From the NCBI GenBank assembly GCA_946497585.1, contig CAMMLF010000003.1:1-32900 (forward strand): a stretch of 32,900 nt of DNA, read 5' to 3'. Position numbers and translations under genes: made by a program. This document shows, one piece after another, positions 20,127 through 28,093 of the stretch (the first letter of the stretch is position 1; each line of letters starts with the position of its first letter). The notes under the pieces are model-generated. The model was not told the origin of the DNA and did not search any database. It saw nothing but the letters and a program-made list of their open reading frames with translations. Source of the DNA: an uncultured Clostridium sp. Its GTDB lineage: Bacteria; Bacillota; Clostridia; TANB77; CAG-508.

Positions 20127-20462
20127 TTTTCTACCTCCAATATTTCAAGTACATAATACTCTTTTCCGCTTCTCTGCTCCCCATTCTTCTTTGCCTTGAC
20201 CTCTTCCTTTATATATACACTTGCATTTTATTTGTGGACTATTCTTGTTATATCCATTTCTAAAAATTACATCTAGCATTACAGTATTGTCATATAAAAT
20301 AACTGCTGTTAATTGCTGTGCAAATGTTTCTTTATCTAATACTTCTTTTACAGCATTATAAAATCTAGTTTTATAATATGGCTTTATTTCTCTATATTCT
20401 TCTTTCTTTTCTCCAGATTTAATCATGTCAAACCATTTTCGTTTAATTGGTAGTATTAGCAT
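20123..20462 (-). CDS. ASCH/PUA-like protein, 112 aa with +1 shift at CGG 20168-20166
   Basis: LPIK.KWFDMIKSGEKKEEYREIKPYY, FRNGY; shifted end EWGAEK-G-KEYYVLEILEVEK* with ATGA overlap on the YopX gene. Confidence 0.82.
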
Positions 20463-20649
20463 TTCTTAGCCTCCTTCCACACATTGGGCAATAATTGATA
20501 TCAAATCTAGGTCTATATATTCTTTTAAATATATTAAATTTATTTTCATCTCCGTATATATCTAATATGTCTCCTGATACTATTAGAGTTGCACTTCCGC
20601 AAAAATTATTACTCTTTAATTTTTTACTTTTCTTACAATATTCACACAT
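20443..20649 (-). CDS. Small zinc-binding protein
   Basis: MCEYC ... INYCPMCGRRL. Confidence 0.8.
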   Translation of the reverse strand: MCEYCKKSKKLKSNNFCGSATLIVSGDILDIYGDENKFNIFKRIYRPRFDINYCPMCGRRLRNANTTN

Positions 20650-20681
20650 ATTATTTTTTCACCTCTCACTTATCTTTCTTC

Positions 20682-20936
20682 CTACTGTTCAGAACTGTTT
20701 ACTTTGTTTTCAAAATATATCTTCCAGCACTCTTCTTCAATATCTACTTTACATCTTTTTTTACAGTCTATATTTGCTCCACAGTCCTCGTTAGGACATG
20801 TTGCCCATGTTCTAGTCACAAGAAAACTAATTATTTCGTCTATTATTTTATCTTTCTTTTCTATTTTTTTATCTGCTTTTACTAAATCAGATAAAACTTT
20901 ATCATACTGTTTTTTGTATTTTTCCTCTTCTGACAT
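20682..20936 (-). CDS. Hypothetical protein (coiled coil plus Cys cluster)
   Basis: GAGGAG RBS; KKDKIIDE...C..YFE pattern. Confidence 0.72.
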   Translation of the reverse strand: MSEEEKYKKQYDKVLSDLVKADKKIEKKDKIIDEIISFLVTRTWATCPNEDCGANIDCKKRCKVDIEEECWKIYFENKVNSSEQ

Positions 20937-20955
20937 CTATATCACTCCTCTGCTA

Positions 20956-21252
20956 TTATTTTTCTATATTAACTTCAATATCATTTAACTTTATTAAATT
21001 TTTAGTTTCTTTGCTTATTTTTTCATATTTTGCTTTGCTAATATTTATTCTTTTAGCTCCAAGCGCAATAAGTTGTTCTATTTTTTTATCTTCTGACATA
21101 TTTTTCTCCTCTTTCTTCCATTTTCTGCATTTCATCAGCATTCCTGTATATGATTTTTTTAATGTGCAAAAATATGGAAATTCTTCCTTTTCTATTCTAT
21201 ATTCGCAATTAGAACAGTTCTCGTCTATATGCAAAGTATATTCATGTTGCAT
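20956..21252 (-). CDS. Cys-rich hypothetical protein
   Basis: GAGGTG RBS before MQHEY; CSNC...C...C; a second in-frame RBS and ATG at MSEDKK. Confidence 0.62.
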   Translation of the reverse strand: MQHEYTLHIDENCSNCEYRIEKEEFPYFCTLKKSYTGMLMKCRKWKKEEKNMSEDKKIEQLIALGAKRINISKAKYEKISKETKNLIKLNDIEVNIEK

Positions 21253-21998
21253 ATTTAAACACCTCTTCCGCTTCATATTGCAAGCTTTTAATGAAATAGT
21301 TCAACAAATCTCGTATTGTGTATGTTTCTTTTTTGCAAATATATTTTTTCGAATTGTGATATATCAGCATTAACTTTTCTCTTGTTACTCGACTTAAATA
21401 TTCTTTATAAGGACTCATGTGCAATTCCTTTATAGCCCAGTAGTATATTTGAAATTCCAAAAGTCTGTCTGATGCTTCTATGATTTCTATAGTATCATTT
21501 TTCACATATAGTCCCAGTTTTAGAAGTGTTGTTTCAATGAAATGTTTGTCTTCATTAGTCAAATTTTCAAAAGTTTCGTTGCTTTTCCCCTTATTAATAT
21601 AATTAAAGAAAGAGTTTAATTTTATTATTATGTGTTCGTCTGTCTGTTCACTTGCTTGTTTATGTGCTTGTTCGTTCGGCTGTTCTTCCGCTTGTTCAAG
21701 TGCTTGTTCATTGTACAATTTTACTATTGAATATCTCGAAGCATCATTTTGATTCTTTCCGCTTCTTATATATGATATATTCGTTGTCAATCAGTTCTTT
21801 TCTTGCTCTCTGAAGAGTAGATAAAGAAAAATTGACACACTTACTCATTATTGTATTATTTGCTACTTTAATTTCAGAAAGCCAACCGCTTTTGCGTGCA
21901 ATATTCAATAATATATTGTACATTGCTATTGCAGAAGCTGATATACGCTTGAAATCCAATGTAGAATAAAACGCATCGAGTTGTTTATCAATATCCAA
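21242..21998 (-). CDS. Replication initiator (N-terminal winged helix), 251 aa with +1 shift at CGG 21761-21759
   Basis: TTG start with AAGGAG. wHTH (A.AMY..LL...W...N......LS..TLQRAR.EL....YI.YKK-G-KNQN.A..Y.I) is continuous only after the shift. Internal iterons. Confidence 0.8.
21632..21709. repeat. 12-bp iteron-like tandem repeats, probable replication origin
   Basis: 6.5 units on the - strand: GAACAAGCACTT GAACAAGCGGAA GAACAGCCGAAC GAACAAGCACAT AAACAAGCAAGT GAACAGACAGAC GAACAC, next to an AT-rich tract. Confidence 0.65.
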
Positions 21999-22072
21999 TT
22001 TTTTGTTCTCCTTTCTTTTGTATTTTGCTTATATACCGTATTTCGACACATTTTCCTGTTTCATAATTAACT

Positions 22073-22450
22073 TCAATATGCTGCACTTTTTAATCTGTCC
22101 TCAACTTTATCAATCAACAGTATTAAAAATGTTGAATTAGTAATTTTGTATGGAACTCCAAAGAATTTTTTTATTTTTTCTTTGTCTAAATCATCTAATA
22201 CGTATCTCATTGCTCTTTCCGATTTTGTATATGTAGATTTATGTCTTTTTGAAATGTGCTCATATACTTCTTTCATTTCATATTCTTCATAGACTGATTT
22301 TGATTTATTTATTACATACATTGCTGCTGTTATCCACATTCTGTATCCTTTGAAATTTCTTTTTGCTCCGATTTCATCAAGCGTCTTTTTTATTTCTTTT
22401 ACAATTCTTTCATCATCTGAACATTTTATTTTTGTTGTTATTTCTACCAT
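22073..22450 (-). CDS. Spo0A C-terminal DNA-binding-domain-like protein
   Basis: LDEIGAKRNFKGYRMW..A / VYEHISKRHKSTYTKSERAMRY / TNS.F resembles Spo0A EIGVPAHIKGY / LYP.IAK...TT.SRVERAIRH / TNSEF; no receiver domain. Confidence 0.8.
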   Translation of the reverse strand: MVEITTKIKCSDDERIVKEIKKTLDEIGAKRNFKGYRMWITAAMYVINKSKSVYEEYEMKEVYEHISKRHKSTYTKSERAMRYVLDDLDKEKIKKFFGVPYKITNSTFLILLIDKVEDRLKSAAY

Positions 22451-22519
22451 TTTTCCTCCGTTCTATTGATTTTTTAATTTTTTTGTGATAAAATTAAAAA
22501 ATAATAATTATTTACTAAT

Positions 22520-22852
22520 TTATTTTGAACTAGATGTGTTTCGCGATTCGTCTAGTTCTATTATTTTTTGCAAATTTTCTTTTTTCATTTTTTCAAGAAT
22601 TACATTTCTATGTTTGCTTTTTTCTTCTTCAGATATTTTTAAATTATCAATGTCTGATAGGTCATATAAGTTTCTTATTACACCTGCTAATGATGACCTG
22701 AAATTATATTTCATGATTAAATAATCTTTGTGCTCTTCAATCAAATCTGCATTACATTCTTTTAAAATTTTCATTTCTTTTTTTAGCTTTATCATTTCTG
22801 TAGATGTATTTATTTCTCTTCTTATACTTTGAATTAATAATTTTAATAACAT
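22520..22852 (-). CDS. Hypothetical coiled-coil protein
   Basis: 110 aa, AAGGAG RBS. Confidence 0.7.
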   Translation of the reverse strand: MLLKLLIQSIRREINTSTEMIKLKKEMKILKECNADLIEEHKDYLIMKYNFRSSLAGVIRNLYDLSDIDNLKISEEEKSKHRNVILEKMKKENLQKIIELDESRNTSSSK

Positions 22853-22866
22853 ATTTTTCTCCTTTG

Positions 22867-23154
22867 CTAATATTTATTAATTTGTTTCATTACAATTGAT
22901 ATTCTTGATATTTTTTTGCTGTCACTCTCAGAAGAATCTAAAATTTCTAAAATGCTATCAAGATTATTCTGATTTTCTACTATTTGTCTTCTATATGCGT
23001 TTATTGTATCTTGTTTATCTTCTTGAAGATTTTTTAAAAGTACTATCAATTCATCTTGTACTTTAATTATTTGATTTCTTGTTGTTACTTGATTTTGTAA
23101 TATTTTTACTTCTTTTTGATGTTCTAGTTCTATAATTTGTCTATTGTAAAACAT
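22867..23154 (-). CDS. Hypothetical coiled-coil protein
   Basis: 95 aa, AAGGAG RBS. Confidence 0.7.
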   Translation of the reverse strand: MFYNRQIIELEHQKEVKILQNQVTTRNQIIKVQDELIVLLKNLQEDKQDTINAYRRQIVENQNNLDSILEILDSSESDSKKISRISIVMKQINKY

Positions 23155-23168
23155 TTTCTTCTCCTTTC

Positions 23169-23321
23169 TTATTTAATTAATTTATTTAATATAATCTTAT
23201 AAAGATTAATTTTGAAAACTCTGTAAAATATAGCTTGTACTATAAAAGCTACTATTAAAGCAAATAATACTTCTGCTAAAACAACTCCTGTACATGCCAT
23301 AAAATCTAACAATTTAATCAT
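23169..23321 (-). CDS. 50-aa membrane peptide
   Basis: AAGGAG RBS; MIKLLDFMACTGVVLAEVLFALIVAFIVQAIFYRVFKINLYK... Confidence 0.6.
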   Translation of the reverse strand: MIKLLDFMACTGVVLAEVLFALIVAFIVQAIFYRVFKINLYKIILNKLIK

Positions 23322-23338
23322 TTGTTTTACTCCTTTTT

Positions 23339-23452
23339 CTACTTTGTATAAATCATAGTTAAATATTCTTCTATTCTTTTAATCATTTTTGCTTTTTGTT
23401 CCTCTGTTGGAGGATTTTTTACTATTACTTTAAACTTTCTTTCCTTTTTCAT
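23339..23452 (-). CDS. 37-aa hypothetical peptide
   Basis: GAGGTG RBS; MKKERKFKVIVKNPPTEEQKAKMIKRIEEYL... Confidence 0.6.
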   Translation of the reverse strand: MKKERKFKVIVKNPPTEEQKAKMIKRIEEYLTMIYTK

Positions 23453-23539
23453 TTTTAACACCTCTTTATATTCTATTTAAAGTGTTTGTACAATTTGCTA
23501 TTTTTTGTTATAATTACCTCGAAAGCGAGGTGTGTTAAT

Positions 23540-24112
23540 ATGGATATTACTGATGCAATTGCTTTGTTAGCTCTTATTGTTGCTTCATATAGTGCTGTTC
23601 TATCTACATGTATAGCTATAAATGAATTTTTTAGATTAAAACTAAGTATTATAGACCCAAAGAAAACTTATATAACTTTAACTAAAACTAATAACTATAT
23701 TAATGAATACGGCGATATTGTGTATTCTTATGATAAAAATTTATATACTTTAATCATATTAGTTCGTTTAGTCAATAAATCTAAAAATCCTACAACCATA
23801 AATGATATAATCTTAAATAATAACTACATATTAGATAGCTCTTCAAAAATTAATGATTCTATACCAATTAACTTTACTTACAAATCTAATGTTCCTTATT
23901 CTTGTAATACACAAGCTCTTGATTATCCTATACTACAGCCTTTAATAACCCTAAAACCTTTGGCTACATTAGAAGGATACCTAGTTTTCAATAATGTAAA
24001 AGAACTTCCTTCCAAATTTGATATTAGAATTAATACCGTTCAAAAATCTAAAACTTTTCATTTAAAATTTAGGATTGCTAATGATTACAGAAATGAGCAT
24101 ATACAAGAATGA
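23540..24112 (+). CDS. Moron-like membrane-anchored protein, antisense to the early operon
   Basis: Own promoter TTGTAC-17-TATAAT (about 23486-23514) and GAGGTG RBS; N-terminal TM helix, then a beta-rich domain (VNKS.NPTTI.DI). Confidence 0.75.
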   Translation: MDITDAIALLALIVASYSAVLSTCIAINEFFRLKLSIIDPKKTYITLTKTNNYINEYGDIVYSYDKNLYTLIILVRLVNKSKNPTTINDIILNNNYILDSSSKINDSIPINFTYKSNVPYSCNTQALDYPILQPLITLKPLATLEGYLVFNNVKELPSKFDIRINTVQKSKTFHLKFRIANDYRNEHIQE

Positions 24113-24263
24113 ATATAAGTATTGCCTGCAATACATTTAAAACAGATAGTATAAATATTATATTGTCTGTTTTTATCATTTCTTTCACTTCTGTCTCACT
24201 TAATTCATGTACAAATCTTCCTTTTTCATCTAATGTGTATCCAACTGGTAATTTGCTATTCAT
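24078..24263 (-). CDS. Small protein with a C-terminal TM helix
   Basis: AAGGAG RBS; hydrophobic C-terminus. Confidence 0.55.
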   Translation of the reverse strand: MNSKLPVGYTLDEKGRFVHELSETEVKEMIKTDNIIFILSVLNVLQAILIFILVYAHFCNH

Positions 24264-24419
24264 ATCAATTTACTCCTTGTGTTGTGGATAATCTTATTTC
24301 TTCCTTACTTTTTTCAATCAAATTGTTGGCTTCTTGTTCTTTTATTTCTTCCATTATCTCGCCTCCTTTGTTTTTTTCTATTTACTTTTATCTCTTTTTG
24401 TGATATATAATTATCCATA

Positions 24420-24845
24420 TAAACCCTAGTGGGTAAATTTAATTATGAAAGGACTGATGCGTCATGACAAAAATATTGAGTTTACCCTGCTTCTTAAAAA
24501 TTAGTGTTGCTTTTCGGTGGATACTGTTAAGCTTCAGTTGGATAGCTTAAAATCTAAAATTCTAGTATGCTACGGGGTAATAATTACATATATCAGAGCC
24601 ATAACTGATTAAGTACTAGAGCTTTCATAGAAATTATAAGTGTCAGTTATAATACTTATTAAAAGAAATGAAATTGGCACGAGGTCGCGCCTCGTAAATC
24701 TAGCGTTCCAGTTTACTATTGAATATGAGGTAACCATCCTGGCAAAAAAAGGTGTATGTCAATAGTTTTAATAGTTGCAAGAGTTTAAGATATACAAATA
24801 TGGGATTATACTAATCATACTGACACTATGGTTAGTATTTTCTAT
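24420..24845 (+). ncRNA. Candidate structured RNA (~420 nt) with kissing loop and a short 5' ORF
   Basis: No long ORF; upstream TTTACT...TATAAT; at least 8 stems; hairpin loops GTGTCAG (24640-46) and CTGACAC (24820-26) are exactly complementary. Confidence 0.65.
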
Positions 24846-25024
24846 TTATATAAACTTTCTACTGTTGTTTCTAATATATCTGCCAATTTTATTGCCTGCA
24901 TAACATCGGGTTTTCTTCTTCCTGTTTCCCATTGTGAAAATGTATTTTGTTTTATTCCCAATTCTTTTGCTATATCACTTTGAGATAATTTTTTCTTTTT
25001 TCTAAATTTTTTAATGTGATTCAT
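24842..25024 (-). CDS. Cro-like XRE HTH regulator
   Basis: LSQSDIAKELGIKQNTFSQWETGRRKP. Confidence 0.9.
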   Translation of the reverse strand: MNHIKKFRKKKKLSQSDIAKELGIKQNTFSQWETGRRKPDVMQAIKLADILETTVESLYK

Positions 25025-25093
25025 ATTAGCTCACTTTCTAAAAGTTTTTCTAATTTTTCTTTATTCACTTATCTCGCCTCATTTGCTTTTATT

Positions 25094-25436
25094 TCACGTT
25101 TCGTGATTTTATGTTGTAAAAAAAATATTTACATCAAATTGAGGGTACTTTGATTTTAATTTTGTTGTAAATTCTCTACTTGGCTTTCTAAATCCATTCT
25201 CTACTTTTTCATATAATGATTTGGATACTTCTATTTTATCTGCAAACTCTTGGCTTGTAAGCTTTAAAGACTTTCTAAACTCTTTTAATTCTTCCATTTA
25301 TACATCACCTCTTTTCACATTCTGTGATTATATTATATCACTTTTTGTGGTTTGTCAATACTTTTTTAAAAAAATTTTTATATTTCTTTCACAGTTCGTG
25401 GATTATGTTTACTTTTCACAATTTGTGTGATAAAAT
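25094..25436. promoter_or_regulatory. Lysis/lysogeny switch: five TCAC-N5-GTG(A/G/T) operators and divergent promoters
   Basis: Sites at 25094, 25315, 25338, 25389 and 25416. Leftward TTGACA (25358-53)-17-TAATAT; rightward TTTACT (25408)-17-TAAAAT with extended -10 TG. Confidence 0.8.
25109..25297 (-). CDS. Cro-like XRE HTH regulator (first lytic gene)
   Basis: LTSQEFADKIEVSKSLYEKVENGFRKP; GAGGTG RBS; divergent from the repressor. Confidence 0.9.
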   Translation of the reverse strand: MEELKEFRKSLKLTSQEFADKIEVSKSLYEKVENGFRKPSREFTTKLKSKYPQFDVNIFFTT

Positions 25437-25458
25437 ATAATTGTACTTGGAGGTGTTT

Positions 25459-25809
25459 ATGTTAGGTAATAGAATAAAAATTTTAAGAGAAGAATTAGGT
25501 TTAAAACAAGAAGAGTTGGCAAATAAAATGTCGGTATCCCCTAGTTCTATTGGTATGTACGAAACAAATAAAAGAGAACCTAATAACGAATTAATATTGA
25601 AGTTGGCTCAATTTTTTGGAGTATCAACAGACTACCTACTTGGAAAATCTGATATAAGAAATCCAGGTAAACAAATAGATGATCTACTAAATGAAGCTAT
25701 GATAGGTATGTCAAAAGAAGAATATGAAGCGTTGACGGAAACGCAAAAAAAACAAATAAGGGATTTCGCTCTCTTTGTTAAAAATCAAAATGATAAAAAA
25801 GATAATTAA
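25459..25809 (+). CDS. CI/ImmR-like repressor, copy 1 (116 aa)
   Basis: XRE HTH (QEELANKMSVSPSSIGMYETNKREP, FGVSTDYLLG); GGAGG RBS. Confidence 0.92.
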   Translation: MLGNRIKILREELGLKQEELANKMSVSPSSIGMYETNKREPNNELILKLAQFFGVSTDYLLGKSDIRNPGKQIDDLLNEAMIGMSKEEYEALTETQKKQIRDFALFVKNQNDKKDN

Positions 25810-26366
25810 ATAAAGAGGATTTTCAAAGCTAGTTATTAATATTAAAAATTAAATAAAATTTAAAGGAGATATTGATATGATTGATTTTACAAATAGTACG
25901 GTAGAATAAAACATATTAAGGAGTGTTTTGCTTATGTTAGGTAATAGAATAAAACTGTTAAGAGAAGAAAAGAATATAAATCAAGATGTATTAGCAAAAC
26001 TATTAGGTTTAGAAATCGCTGGCATAAGCAAACTGGAAACTGGTAGAGTTCCTTTAAAAGATGAATATATAGTTAGGCTTGCCGAATACTTTGGAGTATC
26101 AACAGACTACCTACTTGGAAAATCTGATATAAGAAATCCAGGTAAACAAATAGATGATCTACTAAATGAAGCTATGATAGGTATGTCAAAAGAAGAATAT
26201 GAAGCGTTGACGGAAACGCAAAAAAAACAAATAAGGGATTTCGCTCTCTTTGTTAAAAATCAAAATGATAAAAAAGATAATTAAATAAAGAGTTTTTTCA
26301 AATCTAGTTATTAATATAAAAATCAAATAAATTTAAAGGAGAAATTGATATGATTGATTTTACAAA
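25615..26366. repeat. Direct repeat, period 475 bp
   Basis: 25615-25817 identical to 26090-26292 (203 bp), then about 75 bp of imperfect repeat including the start of the PH-domain gene. Confidence 0.92.
25934..26284 (+). CDS. CI/ImmR-like repressor, copy 2 (116 aa)
   Basis: XRE HTH with a different recognition helix (QDVLAKLLGLEIAGISKLETGRVP); C-terminal half identical to copy 1. Confidence 0.9.
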   Translation: MLGNRIKLLREEKNINQDVLAKLLGLEIAGISKLETGRVPLKDEYIVRLAEYFGVSTDYLLGKSDIRNPGKQIDDLLNEAMIGMSKEEYEALTETQKKQIRDFALFVKNQNDKKDN

Positions 26367-26727
26367 CAAAAATATTATTAAATTAAAACCTTTTTCTATA
26401 AAAGAAGGTGAATCAGTTATTAAAGCTATTATGGCTTCAAATGAGGAAATTGCATTTGCATTTACTTCTATGAGAGACAAGCTAATTTTTACAGATAAAA
26501 GAGTTGTTTCAGTTAATGTTCAAGGTATAACTGGAAAAAAAGTAGATTACACTTCTATACCTTACTCAAAAATACAAGTATTTTCTATTGAAACATCTGG
26601 AACTCTTGATTTGGATTCTGAACTCGATATTACAATAAGTGGATTAGGAACTGTTAGATTTGAATTATCCTCACAAACAGATATAAAATCTTTAGGTCAA
26701 TATATATCAAATAAAGTTTTAAACTAA
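26350..26727 (+). CDS. Bacterial PH-domain protein (bPH_1-like)
   Basis: RD.LIFTDKR...NVQGITGKK.DY.SIPYSKIQ.FS.ETSGT.DLDSEL. Confidence 0.9.
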   Translation: MIDFTNKNIIKLKPFSIKEGESVIKAIMASNEEIAFAFTSMRDKLIFTDKRVVSVNVQGITGKKVDYTSIPYSKIQVFSIETSGTLDLDSELDITISGLGTVRFELSSQTDIKSLGQYISNKVLN

Positions 26728-26791
26728 AAATAGTAAAAATTTTGATACATATAAGATAGAAAAATGAATATATGACACAAGGAGTAATTAT

Positions 26792-27526
26792 ATGAGTGAA
26801 AATGAAGAAATAGCAACAAACAAACCTTTAAAAGGACAAGTTGAAATTGGAGAAGAAAAGAGTAAAGCTATTGTACATAAAGATAGTGCTTTAAGAAGAT
26901 TAGATATTTCATTTAACAAACATATTGAATTATCAGAATATAAAAAGAGTAACTTATTAGCTTATTGGATTACTGATTTTTCTAATTATCACGATAACGA
27001 AAAAACTTTTGACATAAAACAGCTAAAAACTTTTAAGCGTGGAGATATAATAAAAGTTAACTTAGGCTTTAATATTGGTAATGAATTAGGTGGTCTACAT
27101 TATTGTATCGTTTTAAATAAAAATGATAACCCATACTCTGGTACTTTAAATATAATACCTTTAACCTCTCAAAAGAAAAATAAAATATATAATGATAATA
27201 CTTGCGTTAATTTGGGAGATGGCTTATATATTTCATTAAATAATATGTGCAATAAAGAATATAAGAAATGGAAAGAAAAGTTTGATAACGTAGACAAAGA
27301 AGAAGACATCAAACAGCTAGAAAAAATATTACAGGAATTAGAATATTTAACAAAATTGCAAACTGAAATATTGAAAATGAAACATGGAAGTATTGCCTTA
27401 GTACAGCAAATAACTACTATAAGCAAACAGCGAATTTATAATAGTTCTTTTCTTTCTAAAATCAAGTTATCTAATCAAGCATTAGATTTAATAGATAGCA
27501 AAATAAAAAAATTATATACAAAATAA
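26792..27526 (+). CDS. PemK/MazF-family endoribonuclease-like protein
   Basis: KRGDIIKVNLGFNIGNELGGLHYCIVL, IIPLTS, A...QITTISK.RI. Confidence 0.85.
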   Translation: MSENEEIATNKPLKGQVEIGEEKSKAIVHKDSALRRLDISFNKHIELSEYKKSNLLAYWITDFSNYHDNEKTFDIKQLKTFKRGDIIKVNLGFNIGNELGGLHYCIVLNKNDNPYSGTLNIIPLTSQKKNKIYNDNTCVNLGDGLYISLNNMCNKEYKKWKEKFDNVDKEEDIKQLEKILQELEYLTKLQTEILKMKHGSIALVQQITTISKQRIYNSSFLSKIKLSNQALDLIDSKIKKLYTK

Positions 27527-27554
27527 GTATTTTTATAAATAATGTATATTTTAT

Positions 27555-27583
27555 TTGACAATGAACATATTATATAGTATAAT
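27555..27583 (+). promoter_or_regulatory. Consensus sigma-A promoter
   Basis: TTGACA-17-TATAAT, exact consensus. Confidence 0.85.
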
Positions 27584-27589
27584 CTAATT

Positions 27590-27670
27590 AAGATTTAGCC
27601 TCATATTATGTAAATAATATGGCGGTCATAAGAAGATTTTGGAGAGTTCATTGCAACTCTCCTCTTTTTT
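27590..27670 (+). ncRNA. Candidate ~80-nt small RNA downstream of the MazF-like gene
   Basis: Promoter, then CATATTAT-GTAA-ATAATATG hairpin, then terminator GGAGAGTT/AACTCTCC plus T run; no ORF. Confidence 0.6.
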
Positions 27671-27787
27671 ATTGTATAGGAAAATCAGCATTTTCATTGA
27701 TAGCTTGAAGAAATAAGAAGAAAGAAAAGGAGAAAATAAGCAATTAATACTTTTATTAATAAATTTAAAAAAAGGAGATGTTTTATT

Positions 27788-28093
27788 ATGCAATGTAGAA
27801 AATGTGGAAGAGAATGTATGGAAAGTGAATTAACAAATGGATTCTGTGCAGATTGTATCAAAAAATATGGAGCAACATCACAAGAAATACATCATAGTGA
27901 AAATCAGTTAGCAAGTATTATCAAAGGATTTGTCATAGCCATTATAACTATTGGTTGTATTTCAGGAGTTATTGGTCTTATACTAAATGTCTTTTATGGA
28001 ATTTTCATATTAGTTAGTACTTTTATATTTTCTTTAGCTTTTAGAGCTATCGCTGAAATAATACAACTACTAGAAGATATAAAAAATAAGTAA
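27788..28093 (+). CDS. Zinc-ribbon plus two-TM membrane protein
   Basis: CRKCG...CADC, two hydrophobic helices, AEIIQLLEDI end; AAGGAG RBS. Confidence 0.8.
   Translation: MQCRKCGRECMESELTNGFCADCIKKYGATSQEIHHSENQLASIIKGFVIAIITIGCISGVIGLILNVFYGIFILVSTFIFSLAFRAIAEIIQLLEDIKNK

Noticed and set aside
21253-21276. In-frame CGG in the track's MKRKRCLN extension, an apparent exception to the rule
   Set aside because: The extension lies inside the upstream gene; the RBS (GAGGTG) points to the ATG at 21252.
244-22724. Numerous + strand ORFs opposite structural and early genes
   Set aside because: Antisense shadows rich in F/L/S/I, without RBS or motifs.
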